A DNA stretch of 43,017 bases from Enterobacteria phage phiJLA23, in the sequence record NC_047740.1. One strand, 5' to 3'. Position 1 is the first letter of the stretch. Each line of letters starts with the position of its first letter. This document shows, piece by piece, positions 1 through 10,500 of the stretch. A model generated the notes under the pieces. It made no database searches. It saw nothing but the letters and a program-made list of their open reading frames with translations, and was not told the DNA's origin. The translations under genes were made by a program, and so were the position numbers.

Positions 1-41
1 AGAGACGCCGACCNNNCCNNTNTNNNNNATANTGCTTTTTC

Positions 42-470
42 TCCTTAACANGAAATCAAACATAGTATTTTAATAAAACACAACAACATAGCTATAGAGA
101 GTAGTTACAAGATATACATAGTAATATATATAATAATAATAATACTCTAAACCCTTNTTATATAAGGATTTATAAATGTAACTAATGCGTATCTTCGCGT
201 AAAAAGCGTATACAATTTTCAGCGGATGAGATTGTATACATCGAGTTACATCGGTTACGCGTATATAAAATAGCACGATTTGCTAAAGACTACAGCAGAA
301 GCCTTTGCTATAGTTACTCCATCGAAACGAAACATACTGACTAAGGAATACAAAATGACTAACTTCATCAAATCAGCAATCATCGCAGCAGCAGCAATCA
401 TGACGGTAGGTTGTTCTTCTGGTCCGCGCCCTGACGGATGGTGTGCGACTCAGGCGGGTGATGTTTGCGT
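42..470. repeat. Contig wrap-around overlap, copy 1 (matches ~42305-42720)
   Basis: Near-identical ~430 bp at both contig ends; second copy is N-rich. Circular or permuted genome assembled with overlap, or a terminal repeat. Confidence 0.8.
268..332 (+). promoter_or_regulatory. Composite early promoter: palindrome TAGCA-N5-TGCTA (271-285), hairpin, -10-like TATAGT (309-314), leader CATCGAAACGAAA (320-332)
   Basis: Same ordered module recurs at 13 or more other intergenic sites; palindrome centre about 43 bp upstream of predicted start; RBS aagga and ATG at 355 follow. Confidence 0.5.
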
Positions 471-600
471 AGCTAAGTGGAAAGGTGGTGTTATTGTTGC
501 AGCTGGAGAGGTTGATATTCGTTATGCTGGCATTGAGTCAAAGGTTGGTGGAGGCTACGGCGGCTCAGTTGCAGATCACGGCTCAAAGGAGTGGAAATAA
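355..600 (+). CDS. Small lipoprotein, candidate Cor/Llp-like superinfection-exclusion protein
   Basis: RBS aagga 7 nt before ATG 355; signal peptide [20 protein letters not shown] with lipobox-like TVGC; stop overlaps next start (TAATG). Longest ORF begins at 280. Confidence 0.6.
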   Translation: MTNFIKSAIIAAAAIMTVGCSSGPRPDGWCATQAGDVCVAKWKGGVIVAAGEVDIRYAGIESKVGGGYGGSVADHGSKEWK

Positions 601-1562
601 TGCCTCAAGGTATCTTGATAGATTTGAATGACGGAAGGCCAGCAATGGAAATTACAGCTGGCTTGAGAGTTCCAGCCGTGACTGGTTCAATAAACACTAG
701 CGGGTTAAGCTCACCAGCATCATCATGGGATTTCGGTCTGACTATGACTCCTGGCTCAACAGCATTCTGCCTGCCAACTCAGGCTGTTTATGTTGATGCA
801 TATGATGTTATACCAGAAGTTTATTACATGAATGGGTTCTCGAAGGTTAATGATGGGGTTGGAAGGATTACATTAAGTAACTTTAACGGCGCTAATGGTC
901 GCATATTGCAGTTTGGCGGTCAGTGCTTTGAGATTTTACCAGCATCATCACAATCAAGCCCCGGTGTCCTTGTTGAGAACTCGACTGACTTTACAGCGAT
1001 ATCAAGTAATTCCAGATTAATGACTGCTGCTTGGGTTGGTGGCATCCAGGTTAATGGCTCTGCATCATTGCCAGTTGGCGGCATTCCTTTTGGTAAATGG
1101 GATAACCAAAACGTATCACTTGAAAGTGATGGTAGTACGATATGGTGTAGGGATATAACGTACAATGGGATTGATGATGTTGCTGCAAGTACTTACGTTC
1201 AGTTAGTTATTTTCAATAATACACCTCCAGTAGCTGGTCCGGGTTTAACGATATCAAACAGCGCTGGGCAGATAGTTTTCTCTAGCGTCAGGAGGCCATT
1301 TGTTCTAAGTGGATTTATGCAGATTAATAATGGTTACCAGTCGGTGAATGGTGGGTTCTTCCCAATACTTAGATGCGGAGCGACAACTAGAGTCACTGGT
1401 GGATATAATAACTTACGATACAAGGGTGTTTGCATGTCTGGAGGTTCAGTTAGAGCCGTCCCAGGCACTGTTATAGGTAACTATTCAACTCAAACTGGCG
1501 CGCAATTCCCATTTGATACAAACATATCAATGGCACTTCCATTTATTCCCAACTTCTACTAA
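600..1562 (+). CDS. Hypothetical Gly/Ser/Asn/Thr-rich protein; candidate receptor-binding protein
   Basis: RBS aaggag 8 nt before ATG 600; translationally coupled to the lipoprotein; convergent with J-like gene; composition typical of beta-rich adhesins. Function is inference. Confidence 0.45.
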   Translation: MPQGILIDLNDGRPAMEITAGLRVPAVTGSINTSGLSSPASSWDFGLTMTPGSTAFCLPTQAVYVDAYDVIPEVYYMNGFSKVNDGVGRITLSNFNGANGRILQFGGQCFEILPASSQSSPGVLVENSTDFTAISSNSRLMTAAWVGGIQVNGSASLPVGGIPFGKWDNQNVSLESDGSTIWCRDITYNGIDDVAASTYVQLVIFNNTPPVAGPGLTISNSAGQIVFSSVRRPFVLSGFMQINNGYQSVNGGFFPILRCGATTRVTGGYNNLRYKGVCMSGGSVRAVPGTVIGNYSTQTGAQFPFDTNISMALPFIPNFY

Positions 1563-1592
1563 AAGAAAAAGCCCCGAAAGGGGCTTAATCAT
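1561..1592. terminator. Bidirectional rho-independent terminator (hairpin gccccgaaaggggc 1571-1584)
   Basis: GC stem with GAAA loop flanked by A-run and T-rich tract, between convergent genes; identical hairpin recurs at 39227-39240. Confidence 0.7.
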
Positions 1593-4500
1593 TTACCATA
1601 CTCCAACCACTACCCTACCTCCATTTGGTAAATTAACAGTTATGCCGTTATTGTTTATTACGACAGTATTGTTGGTTCCGTTAAACGCGAAGTTACCATT
1701 GTTAGCGTACAAACTACCGCGAACGGTAGCGTTACTTAACTCAGCAAAACCAGATTTATCAATTGCCCAACCAGCACTACCAGCAACATAGTTGTTTGAT
1801 TGAATCCTGTTACCAATCTTCGCGTTAGTAATTGAACCATCCTGAATCACCGCGCTCTGAATGAACACCTGGTTATTCTCCACAACGAAAGGTAGCGACC
1901 ACTGACCGGAACCAGAACTAATGCCGTTACTGATTGCGAACCTGTTAGCATCAAAAATAAACTGACTACGAACATTTCCACCACTACCAGTTAACTCCAT
2001 GCTCATTCCAGCGCCGTACTCAACCCCATTGTACTTCAGGCCGAGCTTAACGCCGTACTGAACACCAACACCTTCGACCGTGGCATAAGAGTCAAGCTTC
2101 TGATTCAAAGCCGCCTCGTTATCACCAAGCCTTGAGCTTAATTGAGTATCAGCTGTAGCCCTGGCTTCGGTCTCCGTAGCAAGTGCGGTTTCAATTGTCG
2201 TAATCTGACCAACAATCTCATCATCAATCTGCGCTTTAAGCTGCGTGAGAGCGTCCACACGGGCCTGAGTTTCATCAGCAATCAAACTTACTGCCTGGCG
2301 ATATTCCGCCTTCCTGTTAAGATTCTCCTTTGTCATAACGCGTACGTCAGTATCATTTGCCAGGGCGTTCTCGATTATAGCTTCGGCCTGATTCTGGATG
2401 TCAGTATTTGCATCAATGGCGTTCTGGAGAAGATACTTGTAACCATCAGAGTTTTCGATATCAACCTTGATGTCACCAATGATCGCACTTACATCATCGG
2501 ATGCCATACCTCTGACAAAATCAGTCCACGGAGATACGTTACCTATCCTGTCAATAATCCTGGCCCTGTACCACCTCACGTTACCTGCTGGTAGAGTGGT
2601 GTGCCAATATTCGTATTGAGGATACGGAACCAGCGTAAGCAGTGACGCGTTCTCCGGTGTATATGTTCCGTCACCATTATCAGGAACCTGCTGAAGCTCG
2701 GTGTAAGCGGTATCAGCTGAGTCAGTAGGGAAGCCCCACTTAACCCTAATCCCGAAAACCTCATCATCAGAAGCCGTAATTACAGGCGGCTCCGAAGGTT
2801 CCCCAATCTTGCCAGTCAGGCTAACTGTCGTGATATCTGACCATGCCGACACTGATTTCTGGTCAGTTACGGCGCGAACCCTGACGTCGTAGATGCCAGC
2901 GTAAATGCCTTCAATATCAACCTCGGTATTAGCTGTCTCAGGTACGTTAATCCAGTTGCCGTTATTCTTGCGCCACTGTACGTTGTATGTTTTCGCATAC
3001 TGCACCTTGTCGTAACCAATAACCATCGTCTCAACGCTTAAGCCCTGAACTACCTTGCTGTAACTAGTAACGGTGATATTTTCAGGTGGTAAAATCCTGT
3101 CAGGGTCAACGATACTTGTTGGCCTGTCGTCAATATTCACACCATAGTCAATCTCGTCATACTTGTTCGGGTCATACTGCACCGCAGTGATGCTGTACTG
3201 GAATGAATCCTCGCCGTCCGTGTTTGCTTTTTGAATTCCTGTCACAACGTATTGCTGCAACGCCAGATTCTGCTTGTCGATTGCAAATACCGTATCCGGC
3301 TGAGGTGTGAAGCTGAATGCTGTATTCAGTTCAAGCGTCAACTTATCGGCAGATACTGAAGCGATAGTCCTGTACTCTGGGCTCCCATCTGGCTTGTTGA
3401 TTAAAATCCTGTCGCCAGGGTCAGCATCAATAGCGAATGGCACGAACACCTGCAAACCTGTAGCTTCAACAATTCGACCCGAAAGGTTTAATGTGTAGTT
3501 GCTTGACCAAGCCTGGTCATTAACGGCAATTACATCACCAATCATAGGAATCATGCCTTCGAGGCCAGTTGTGAACGTTACCGTTTCACTGCGAAGGTTT
3601 GTTTTCAGCAACCAACGCCCGCGACGGTTAGCCTCGCTTCGCCTTACGCAGCCAATTGCAGTCAAGTCTACAGGGTTGTAACCAAATCGGCGTGTTGCTT
3701 CTAAGTCGAATACTGGCTCGACATCCTGCTGGTAGTTGTTCTGCTCGTCATCAAACTGAACGTTGGCTGTCGTGTAAAGGCTCTTGTCGCTAGAGAATGT
3801 CCTGTTAAACAATCCATCAACAACGTTATCATTAGTGAACACATAGCTTGGCTGGCGCGGCCTGTCTACAACAATCCCGATTTGCTCACCATCATAGAAG
3901 GTTAAACCGCGGAAGATAGAACAGATGTCACGAATAAGCTGATACGCTTCCACTTTCTGCTGAATGACAACGTTACAAGTATATCGCGGCTCCATTCCAC
4001 CCTTACCATCAGGAACCATCTGGTCGCAGAATTGCGCTGCTTCATACAGACCCCACTTATCAATCTCTACACCAAGCTCTCGCTGATCCAATCCGTAGCG
4101 CTGACTAACCACCAGATCATATAAAACCCAGGCCGGGTTGTCAGACCATGCCATTTTAAAAGTTCCATTCCATGTGCCGCTATAAGCCCTTGTCTCTGGA
4201 TTGTAGTTTGTCGGTACGCGGATAAGTTTCCACTTTTTCTTAATGGCTATAGTTGGGATCCCGTTAGGGAACAGGTCAGAACTGAACTCCACGTAAACAA
4301 GTGCCGTAAGAGGGTAGCGGAATTTAGCATCGATTACTTCCTGATAGGTTGTGATCTGCATCCCGTTAACCAGGGTGCTATTTGTTGAGTCTGGCGTTAA
4401 CTTCCTAATACGAACAAGAGCGCTGCTAAACTCGGCTGGTAAGTTAACCCTGATACTGCGGTCGTAACCTGTTGTAGTTTTACCGTTAGCCACGCCTCTG

Positions 4501-5018
4501 ATATACTCAGTGTACGCTGAGCCATTAACTGATAAATCGATTGCATATTCACATGTTGTGCCATTTAAATCTCCATTCTCTTCTTGCTTAACGAGTCGAG
4601 GCCAGAACAGCTTGACTCGAATTGCTGATAGCTGACTGTTGTTGACTGCGATGATATAAGGTGTGTCATTATTGATTTCACGACTAACCTGAATCTCTGA
4701 AGCTGCGCCATCTAGTCCTGCGATGTAATCCTGCGACTGAGTACCAGACCTAAACTCTGCCGTAACACCTTCATAGTTGAATGAGTTATCCTGGTTTTGC
4801 ACCGGAACGTCAGCAAGGTAAACATCCTTGAGCGAGAAACTAGAATCAACCTCTCCATCAGCTACAGCCAGTAGCACCTTAATCTTGTTTAGTGAAATCA
4901 GGTTATCTTCTTGCTCTACAGGTGTGTGCGGCTTCTTGCTACCACCCTTGCTTCCATAAATCTTTGGCAAATCGGCCATATCATATAACCTCGTTGTTTG
5001 TTTAACCATTTGTGCCAT
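1593..5018 (-). CDS. Central tail fibre / host-specificity protein (lambda J-like)
   Basis: 1141 aa ORF as last gene of the tail module after I-like gene; size and position as for lambda J (established gene order). Confidence 0.8.
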   Translation of the reverse strand: MAQMVKQTTRLYDMADLPKIYGSKGGSKKPHTPVEQEDNLISLNKIKVLLAVADGEVDSSFSLKDVYLADVPVQNQDNSFNYEGVTAEFRSGTQSQDYIAGLDGAASEIQVSREINNDTPYIIAVNNSQLSAIRVKLFWPRLVKQEENGDLNGTTCEYAIDLSVNGSAYTEYIRGVANGKTTTGYDRSIRVNLPAEFSSALVRIRKLTPDSTNSTLVNGMQITTYQEVIDAKFRYPLTALVYVEFSSDLFPNGIPTIAIKKKWKLIRVPTNYNPETRAYSGTWNGTFKMAWSDNPAWVLYDLVVSQRYGLDQRELGVEIDKWGLYEAAQFCDQMVPDGKGGMEPRYTCNVVIQQKVEAYQLIRDICSIFRGLTFYDGEQIGIVVDRPRQPSYVFTNDNVVDGLFNRTFSSDKSLYTTANVQFDDEQNNYQQDVEPVFDLEATRRFGYNPVDLTAIGCVRRSEANRRGRWLLKTNLRSETVTFTTGLEGMIPMIGDVIAVNDQAWSSNYTLNLSGRIVEATGLQVFVPFAIDADPGDRILINKPDGSPEYRTIASVSADKLTLELNTAFSFTPQPDTVFAIDKQNLALQQYVVTGIQKANTDGEDSFQYSITAVQYDPNKYDEIDYGVNIDDRPTSIVDPDRILPPENITVTSYSKVVQGLSVETMVIGYDKVQYAKTYNVQWRKNNGNWINVPETANTEVDIEGIYAGIYDVRVRAVTDQKSVSAWSDITTVSLTGKIGEPSEPPVITASDDEVFGIRVKWGFPTDSADTAYTELQQVPDNGDGTYTPENASLLTLVPYPQYEYWHTTLPAGNVRWYRARIIDRIGNVSPWTDFVRGMASDDVSAIIGDIKVDIENSDGYKYLLQNAIDANTDIQNQAEAIIENALANDTDVRVMTKENLNRKAEYRQAVSLIADETQARVDALTQLKAQIDDEIVGQITTIETALATETEARATADTQLSSRLGDNEAALNQKLDSYATVEGVGVQYGVKLGLKYNGVEYGAGMSMELTGSGGNVRSQFIFDANRFAISNGISSGSGQWSLPFVVENNQVFIQSAVIQDGSITNAKIGNRIQSNNYVAGSAGWAIDKSGFAELSNATVRGSLYANNGNFAFNGTNNTVVINNNGITVNLPNGGRVVVGVW

Positions 5019-5023
5019 TCTAC

Positions 5024-5046
5024 ACTAAATAAAAAACCCGCACTAG
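5024..5046 (-). terminator. Intergenic hairpin + T-run between I-like and J-like genes (possible attenuator)
   Basis: Minus strand reads cccgcctagtgcggg then tttttt; a TAGAAT -10-like box and the J start follow. Confidence 0.4.
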
Positions 5047-5059
5047 GCGGGTTGTGATT

Positions 5060-5626
5060 TTAACTAATGTCTTCTGCATACGAGCCTGCACTAAATACAG
5101 CACCACCAACAGTTCGATATCCATAAGGTAAGCAAACGGGGTTGCCTGCCGCAATTGTATTTACTGCTGAGCCGAATGCGTATGATGCTCGGTTGCTTGT
5201 TTGTGATGCCTGGTCATTCAATCCTGTAGCTTGTGGCGCCAATAACTGAGCCACTCCACCAGCAAGGAGGCCTACAGCCACTGGCAAAAGAACAGGAAAG
5301 AAGTATGATGCCACCAAAAGTACACCTCCAAGGATGGTCTGGAATAAGCCGCCAGATTTTCGACCTTGCGGGATTGGCATAATCCTAATTTCACGCACAG
5401 TCTCAAGGTCATTAATCTTGTGCTCGTTAACATTCTTACCGTCAACGAATACAGCAAACCTTGTGTTCTGGCCCACATGGCTACGCATGAAATCTTTAAA
5501 CTCAGGGATGTTTACAGACAGCGCCCGCATTGCCTCTGGAACCGTTTTAACGCAAAGCTTATGTAGCTTTCCAAACCTCCTGCCCAAACCTAATCCCAAC
5601 TTAACATCAATCACGTTCTGGGTCAT
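5060..5626 (-). CDS. Tail assembly protein (lambda I-like)
   Basis: RBS ggagg 9 nt before ATG 5626 (longest ORF starts 5635); hydrophobic Gly/Ala-rich C-terminus; follows K-like gene with short overlap. Confidence 0.6.
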   Translation of the reverse strand: MTQNVIDVKLGLGLGRRFGKLHKLCVKTVPEAMRALSVNIPEFKDFMRSHVGQNTRFAVFVDGKNVNEHKINDLETVREIRIMPIPQGRKSGGLFQTILGGVLLVASYFFPVLLPVAVGLLAGGVAQLLAPQATGLNDQASQTSNRASYAFGSAVNTIAAGNPVCLPYGYRTVGGAVFSAGSYAEDIS

Positions 5627-6353
5627 AACCAGCATCCTCCGGTAAATCTTTATGCCTTACGATTCGTACAGTCCGCTCACGATAGTAATCGCCGTACAAA
5701 TCAACCTTACTCATCTTACCATATAAATGGTGTAGGATTTTATTGTCACCAATGTATATGGCGGCGTGGTTGGTCTTCTCGCTCTGAATCTGCATCATAA
5801 CCATTGAGCCAATTGGAATATCATTGCTTCTGACTAATTCGAACCCTTCTAACTCCCAATTATCATCGTAGATATTGTCAGGGTATTCATTGGTCCACCA
5901 CTGATAATCTACGCGATAATCGTTAAGCTTAACACCGTGTAGCTTGTGAAATTCCATAACCAAACCCCAGCAGTCGAAGCTGCCAAGACCCCATGGGCGA
6001 CCAGCAAGCGGCATCTTTTCTGGCTGAATAATCCGCAAGTCCCCTTCAGGTATAGAAACAATAACATAAGGCAGATCGCACTCATTGCAGCTGCAAATAT
6101 CAGCTGCGCTTGGCCTAGTAGTAGCGCCATCACCAGTATGTGAATGTACAACATAAACAACGCTTTCATTGTCCGAAATCTCCATGAATTCCATTGGGTC
6201 GAGAATGAATGATTGCTCTGGTGTTTTGGATACGTTGGTAATCCTGTGATACTTCTGCGCCATCCCCTTCTGAGTTACAACCCCGCAAGATTCTTGCGGG
6301 TAAACCTCGTTGGCGTGGCGAAATATTTCGATCTTAACTTTAGGCGTTAACAT
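5607..6353 (-). CDS. Tail assembly protein (lambda K-like): JAB/MPN metalloprotease + NlpC/P60 domains
   Basis: JAMM-like motif HSHTGDGATTRPSAAD; C-terminal Cys/His region (FDCWGLV ... HHLYG) consistent with NlpC/P60; RBS aaggag; between L-like and I-like genes. Confidence 0.75.
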   Translation of the reverse strand: MLTPKVKIEIFRHANEVYPQESCGVVTQKGMAQKYHRITNVSKTPEQSFILDPMEFMEISDNESVVYVVHSHTGDGATTRPSAADICSCNECDLPYVIVSIPEGDLRIIQPEKMPLAGRPWGLGSFDCWGLVMEFHKLHGVKLNDYRVDYQWWTNEYPDNIYDDNWELEGFELVRSNDIPIGSMVMMQIQSEKTNHAAIYIGDNKILHHLYGKMSKVDLYGDYYRERTVRIVRHKDLPEDAGYDPERD

Positions 6354-6362
6354 TACCTCTCC

Positions 6363-7127
6363 TTAGTTTTGGTTGGCTTTAGCTTGCAGGCTTGCAGCAG
6401 CGCAACCACCAAAGTCTAACTGATTATTTTCTCCGAACCTTAGCTTGCACGCACGAACCGTTCCGGCACAGAAGTCTTGCGATGGGTCAGTCACAGGCGC
6501 GTTGTCCTTATCGAAATATCGAGTACCCATGTAGTTACATCCATTACCTGATCGGTAAAGCCCTCGCTGTGCCCAATAACAAACAGACTGAACAAGTCGC
6601 GCTGGAATGTAAATACCATCCATATCCATTGGGCTAGTTAGTTCAAATGAGGCTGTATTGTAATCAACCTGCTTAGGTCGCTCAATGAAGTAAACCAGCT
6701 TGCGGTAATCCCCATCAGCAATGGTGCCATCTTCGTTAATATTCTCGCGGAGGGTGATCCAGATAGTAACTTTGGCCTGAACAAGTCCATTGTAAGTGCG
6801 GATAAGCGCAGATATATTCTGGTCTACGTTGGATACGACTAGAGTCACCTTATTTGCCTTGCCATCAGAGGTCATATTGATCCCCTGAATACCGAAAGGC
6901 CTTGCTCCGTACTCTTGCCCACGGAAGGTAATTGTCTTTGCTGGTAGTGGCTGGCCTGTTGATTGCGCCATCATGATTTCTTCTGGGGTATAGCTGATAT
7001 TCTCCCCATGAAATCGGTAAACTGGTGCACCAAACTTTCCTCCGTCAACCTCAATCAACGTGACAACCTCACCAGGGAACAAGCTTTGTAATTGATTCTC
7101 AAACTTAGTGCTCAATGGCGTAGCCAT
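6363..7127 (-). CDS. Minor tail protein (lambda L-like)
   Basis: 254 aa between M-like and K-like genes; C-terminal cysteine cluster as in the Fe-S-binding C-terminus of lambda gpL. Confidence 0.7.
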   Translation of the reverse strand: MATPLSTKFENQLQSLFPGEVVTLIEVDGGKFGAPVYRFHGENISYTPEEIMMAQSTGQPLPAKTITFRGQEYGARPFGIQGINMTSDGKANKVTLVVSNVDQNISALIRTYNGLVQAKVTIWITLRENINEDGTIADGDYRKLVYFIERPKQVDYNTASFELTSPMDMDGIYIPARLVQSVCYWAQRGLYRSGNGCNYMGTRYFDKDNAPVTDPSQDFCAGTVRACKLRFGENNQLDFGGCAAASLQAKANQN

Positions 7128-7150
7128 AATATTTCTCCAGTAANTCTGTT

Positions 7151-7165
7151 TAGCAATTAGTGCTA
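7151..7165 (-). promoter_or_regulatory. Isolated copy of palindrome TAGCA-N5-TGCTA at the M/L junction
   Basis: ttagcaattagtgctattt; overlaps M-like stop codon and lies about 23 nt before L start; no -10/leader module. Possible operator. Confidence 0.4.
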
Positions 7166-7166
7166 T

Positions 7167-7517
7167 TTACTGCATAGATGTGAAAACTTCTACAAACTGC
7201 ATTGATACAGTCTGCACGTCCTTGGTGTTTGGTGTGACGCTGATACTGTCCTGAGCTACAACAAACAGCTTAAGCTCACCCTGCGGAGTTGTCCATGCGA
7301 ACGGGGTGATGATGTGAGCAAAGCAGAAGTCCAACACTTCCTTCCAGCTGGTGTTGGTGTAGGTCATGTTGTAGGTGCGCTTATTGGTCCTGTAACCTCC
7401 GGTTCCGCGCTGCTCGTAGCCATTGCCAAAGCTAACAACCCTAACGTTATTCGCGTTAGTAAAGTTTGCTGATCCACCTTGAATTTGGGTACACCATGTA
7501 AAAGTATCTAATGCCAT
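7167..7517 (-). CDS. Minor tail protein (lambda M-like)
   Basis: 116 aa directly after tape measure gene; RBS aagga 6 nt before ATG. Confidence 0.6.
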   Translation of the reverse strand: MALDTFTWCTQIQGGSANFTNANNVRVVSFGNGYEQRGTGGYRTNKRTYNMTYTNTSWKEVLDFCFAHIITPFAWTTPQGELKLFVVAQDSISVTPNTKDVQTVSMQFVEVFTSMQ

Positions 7518-7527
7518 TTAAAATCCT

Positions 7528-7546
7528 TAGGGGCCGAAGCCCCATT
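7528..7546 (-). terminator. Intergenic hairpin ggggccgaagcccc between tape measure and M-like genes
   Basis: Perfect 5-bp GC stem, 4-nt loop; identical hairpin recurs at 39701-39714. Weak T-tract, so attenuator or RNA-stability element rather than strong terminator. Confidence 0.35.
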
Positions 7547-7548
7547 TA

Positions 7549-10500
7549 TTAACTATAACCTCGCAAGAACTGGTAAGCCGTTCCGCCCTGCTGGAAGGAC
7601 TGAGTAATCTCTTCCGCGATGATAACCCTGATACCAGATTCTAACTGTTTAGCGTCATTACCGCCACCACCGCCAAGACCTGTCTGAACGGTAACATTCA
7701 CTCCACCAACATTAACGTTACTTCCACCAACAAGCCCGCCAGTCGCATAGCCAGGACCAGCACCAACCACTCCACCATTTGCGTATCCGCGCATTAACTT
7801 ATAAAGGTTATCAACGCCAATCCTTGAGGTTGCCTCCTTCGTAAAGACGAATTCACCTTTATGCACCGTGCCAGCTGGCTCGTACTTACCACCGTTTCCA
7901 GTATAACCGCCAGAAGCGAAACCAAATGCGCTACCAATAGAGCCAATTGCACCACCACTACCGCCAAAACTGGAGATGGTTGATTCAATCGCCTTAATTA
8001 AAAGTAGCTGCGTTGCAATGCGTGCAATCTGCTTCAGAATCGATGCGGTAAACTCACGGAAGCTAGCTTCTCCAGTAGTTACCAGGTTTGTTATCTGGTC
8101 AGTCAATCCGTTAAAGGCACTCATGGCTAGCTCGGAACCAATCTGATTAAAGTTTGCCAATTCATCAGCCGTCTCAGCAAACGCAGATTTAACGCCAGCC
8201 AGCCAGTTACCACGTAATGCATCTTCCTGATTGTAGAAATTCTGACGAGCCTGAAGTAAAGCCTGGAAGTCAGTGTCATCTACGGAGCCACCTTTAGAAA
8301 TTTGCTGGGCTTCTAGCGCCGCCAACTCACGCCGCCTTTCCGCTTCGCGCTGAGATAATCCTGCTCCAACACTAATTGATGCCGCTTCAGCGTTAATCTG
8401 CCGAGTCTTCTTGATGTTGTCATCAAGAAGTTTATTGGCCCTTTCTTGCAGCACAATCTGGTCGCCAATCTCAGCCTTCTCGCGAGCAAGTCCTAAGATT
8501 TTATCCTGCTGCAACAGTAATGATCGCTGTTGCTTTGTGATGGTTCCGTCTGCAAGCCTTTCATTAAGGATTGCAAACTTAGCTTCCTCCGCAAAAAGCT
8601 GCTTGCGTTCGTTACTGATAACATCACTAATCTGGCGGTGCTCCTGAAGAACCTTAAGCTGAGCCTGAAGAGCTAGAACGCCAGACTCATAACTTATAGT
8701 CAAATCCCTCTCTTCTTTTGCTCCAGATTTTGTCTTTTTACTTCTCTCCTCAATTGCTTTAATCTCATCGGCCAAAGCCTTTCTTCTTGATTCTGAATCT
8801 CTATCAGAAGTTCCAGTTTGACTTTCTGAACCCTCTCCAACACTCAAGTAACCAGTCTCGCCCCTGCGAACCCTTGCATCCCTATCAGCGATAGATTTAG
8901 CTAGCCTTATGTTTTCCTTTTCTATTGCGTCATTATCCTTCCTTAGTTGTTCGGCTATTCCATTACCAACGCCAGATGCTCCTGGTATCTTTTGTAACGC
9001 CTCTATTCCGCGTATTACGAAATCATTTATTAGCTTGTCGCCAGTGCCAATTATCAGTCTTATTTGCTCAATAGTCGCAGCTATAACGTCAGTAAATAGG
9101 TTTAGAGCTCCTATAGTCCTGTCACCTATAGCATCCCATGTGTCTGAAACGAACTTACGGAAATCGCCCCAAGCCAATTCAAGAGGTGTAAGCGAGCCTT
9201 CAATCTGCTTTGTAACTGACTCATTTCTAGCTGCAAATATTTCTAAAGCTGCTGTTACTGCTGCTGTTTGCCCTTCCGTTTCTTTTAGGTTGTTAACTAG
9301 GGTCAACTGCCCTTCGCTAAGAAAGTTAAATTGCTTATCTAACTCTATCAGCCCCTTAACTGGATCTTTTGCTATCTTATCAAAGTCAGATATTATTGAT
9401 TCCGCAGACCTTGAACTAACAGCTGAAAGGTTAGCAACAGACTTAGCGATTAAGTTAATCTGACTAACAGTAAGCCTTCCGTTTGATACTAGCGACTGGT
9501 AAATGTCACCAATAGAACCTTTTGTTGCCCTTGATGTTTCATTTAGCTGATCAGCGTAATCCTTGATAGCGGCAACTGATAAAGTCGACGACCTTCCAGT
9601 TTCAATTATTGCGTTATTAAGTTGCCTAACCTCAATAAATGAGTCGTAAGCGGCTTTACCAAGAACAGCTAATGAAGCAACTATCGCGCCACCAAATATA
9701 GTTGCAGCACGACCAAACCTTAAGATAGCCTCATCACCAAGAGTCTTAACATCAGCAAATAAACTTCTCAGCTCTCCTATTGATGATACATAATCTATAA
9801 CTGCACCTTGCGCAGCTGATAATGTATTTGAAAATCCACCAAATGAATCTGTAATCTGCGGTATTTGCTGGGTAAGCACCATAAATAAAGGCATACCGTT
9901 AGCAATCGAGCTGGTGATATCATTGATCTGTACAGGAAGGAACCTTAAGGCCTGATTGTACTGACCTGCCGATATCCCAGCCGCCTGAAACGCCCTACTT
10001 TGATTTGCTATAGCGTTAGTATTGTTACTTGATGCCTGTGTTATTCTATCTATTATTGGTGCTGCCTGATCGCTAACTCCAAGCTGTGCCGCCCTTAACT
10101 TTAAGAACTCATCCCTACTTAATGTCGCTGCATCAGCCTGCGCTTGAAGCGACCTAATAAATGATTGCGCTTGCCTCTCAGCGGACTCTTTATTTTTTGC
10201 AGCTTCTATAGCCGCCCTACCCTCCTCAGTTAATGCTGACCTAGACCTTATTAACCTATTTGTTTGCGTTTCTAATGCTTCACCAAGCCTGTAAAACTCA
10301 GCCTCTGGAACAACCCCTGCGGAGAAGGCCTTATCAAGAGAACTTGCTGCATCTTGAAGTTTTCGCAATTTTGAAGCTGTTGGATCAATTGCAGACTGAA
10401 GCGACTGAAAAGCACTTCTCTGCTCAGAAAGATACCTTGCAGTGTCGCGAGCCTGATTCTTCGCAACCAGCTCAGCATTAACGAACTCGCTAACTCCAGC

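Noticed and set aside
271-314. Reading TTGCTA in the palindrome as a sigma70 -35 hexamer paired with TATAGT
   Set aside because: Spacing to the -10-like box is a constant 22-23 bp, outside the 16-19 bp range; a -35-less, activator-dependent promoter is more consistent.
2142-2594. Plus-strand ORFs inside the J-like and tape measure genes (2142-2594, 3307-3681, 8411-8647, 8909-9463) and similar antisense ORFs in other large genes
   Set aside because: Fully embedded antisense to long genes with clear coding support, no RBS and low-complexity translations; treated as spurious.
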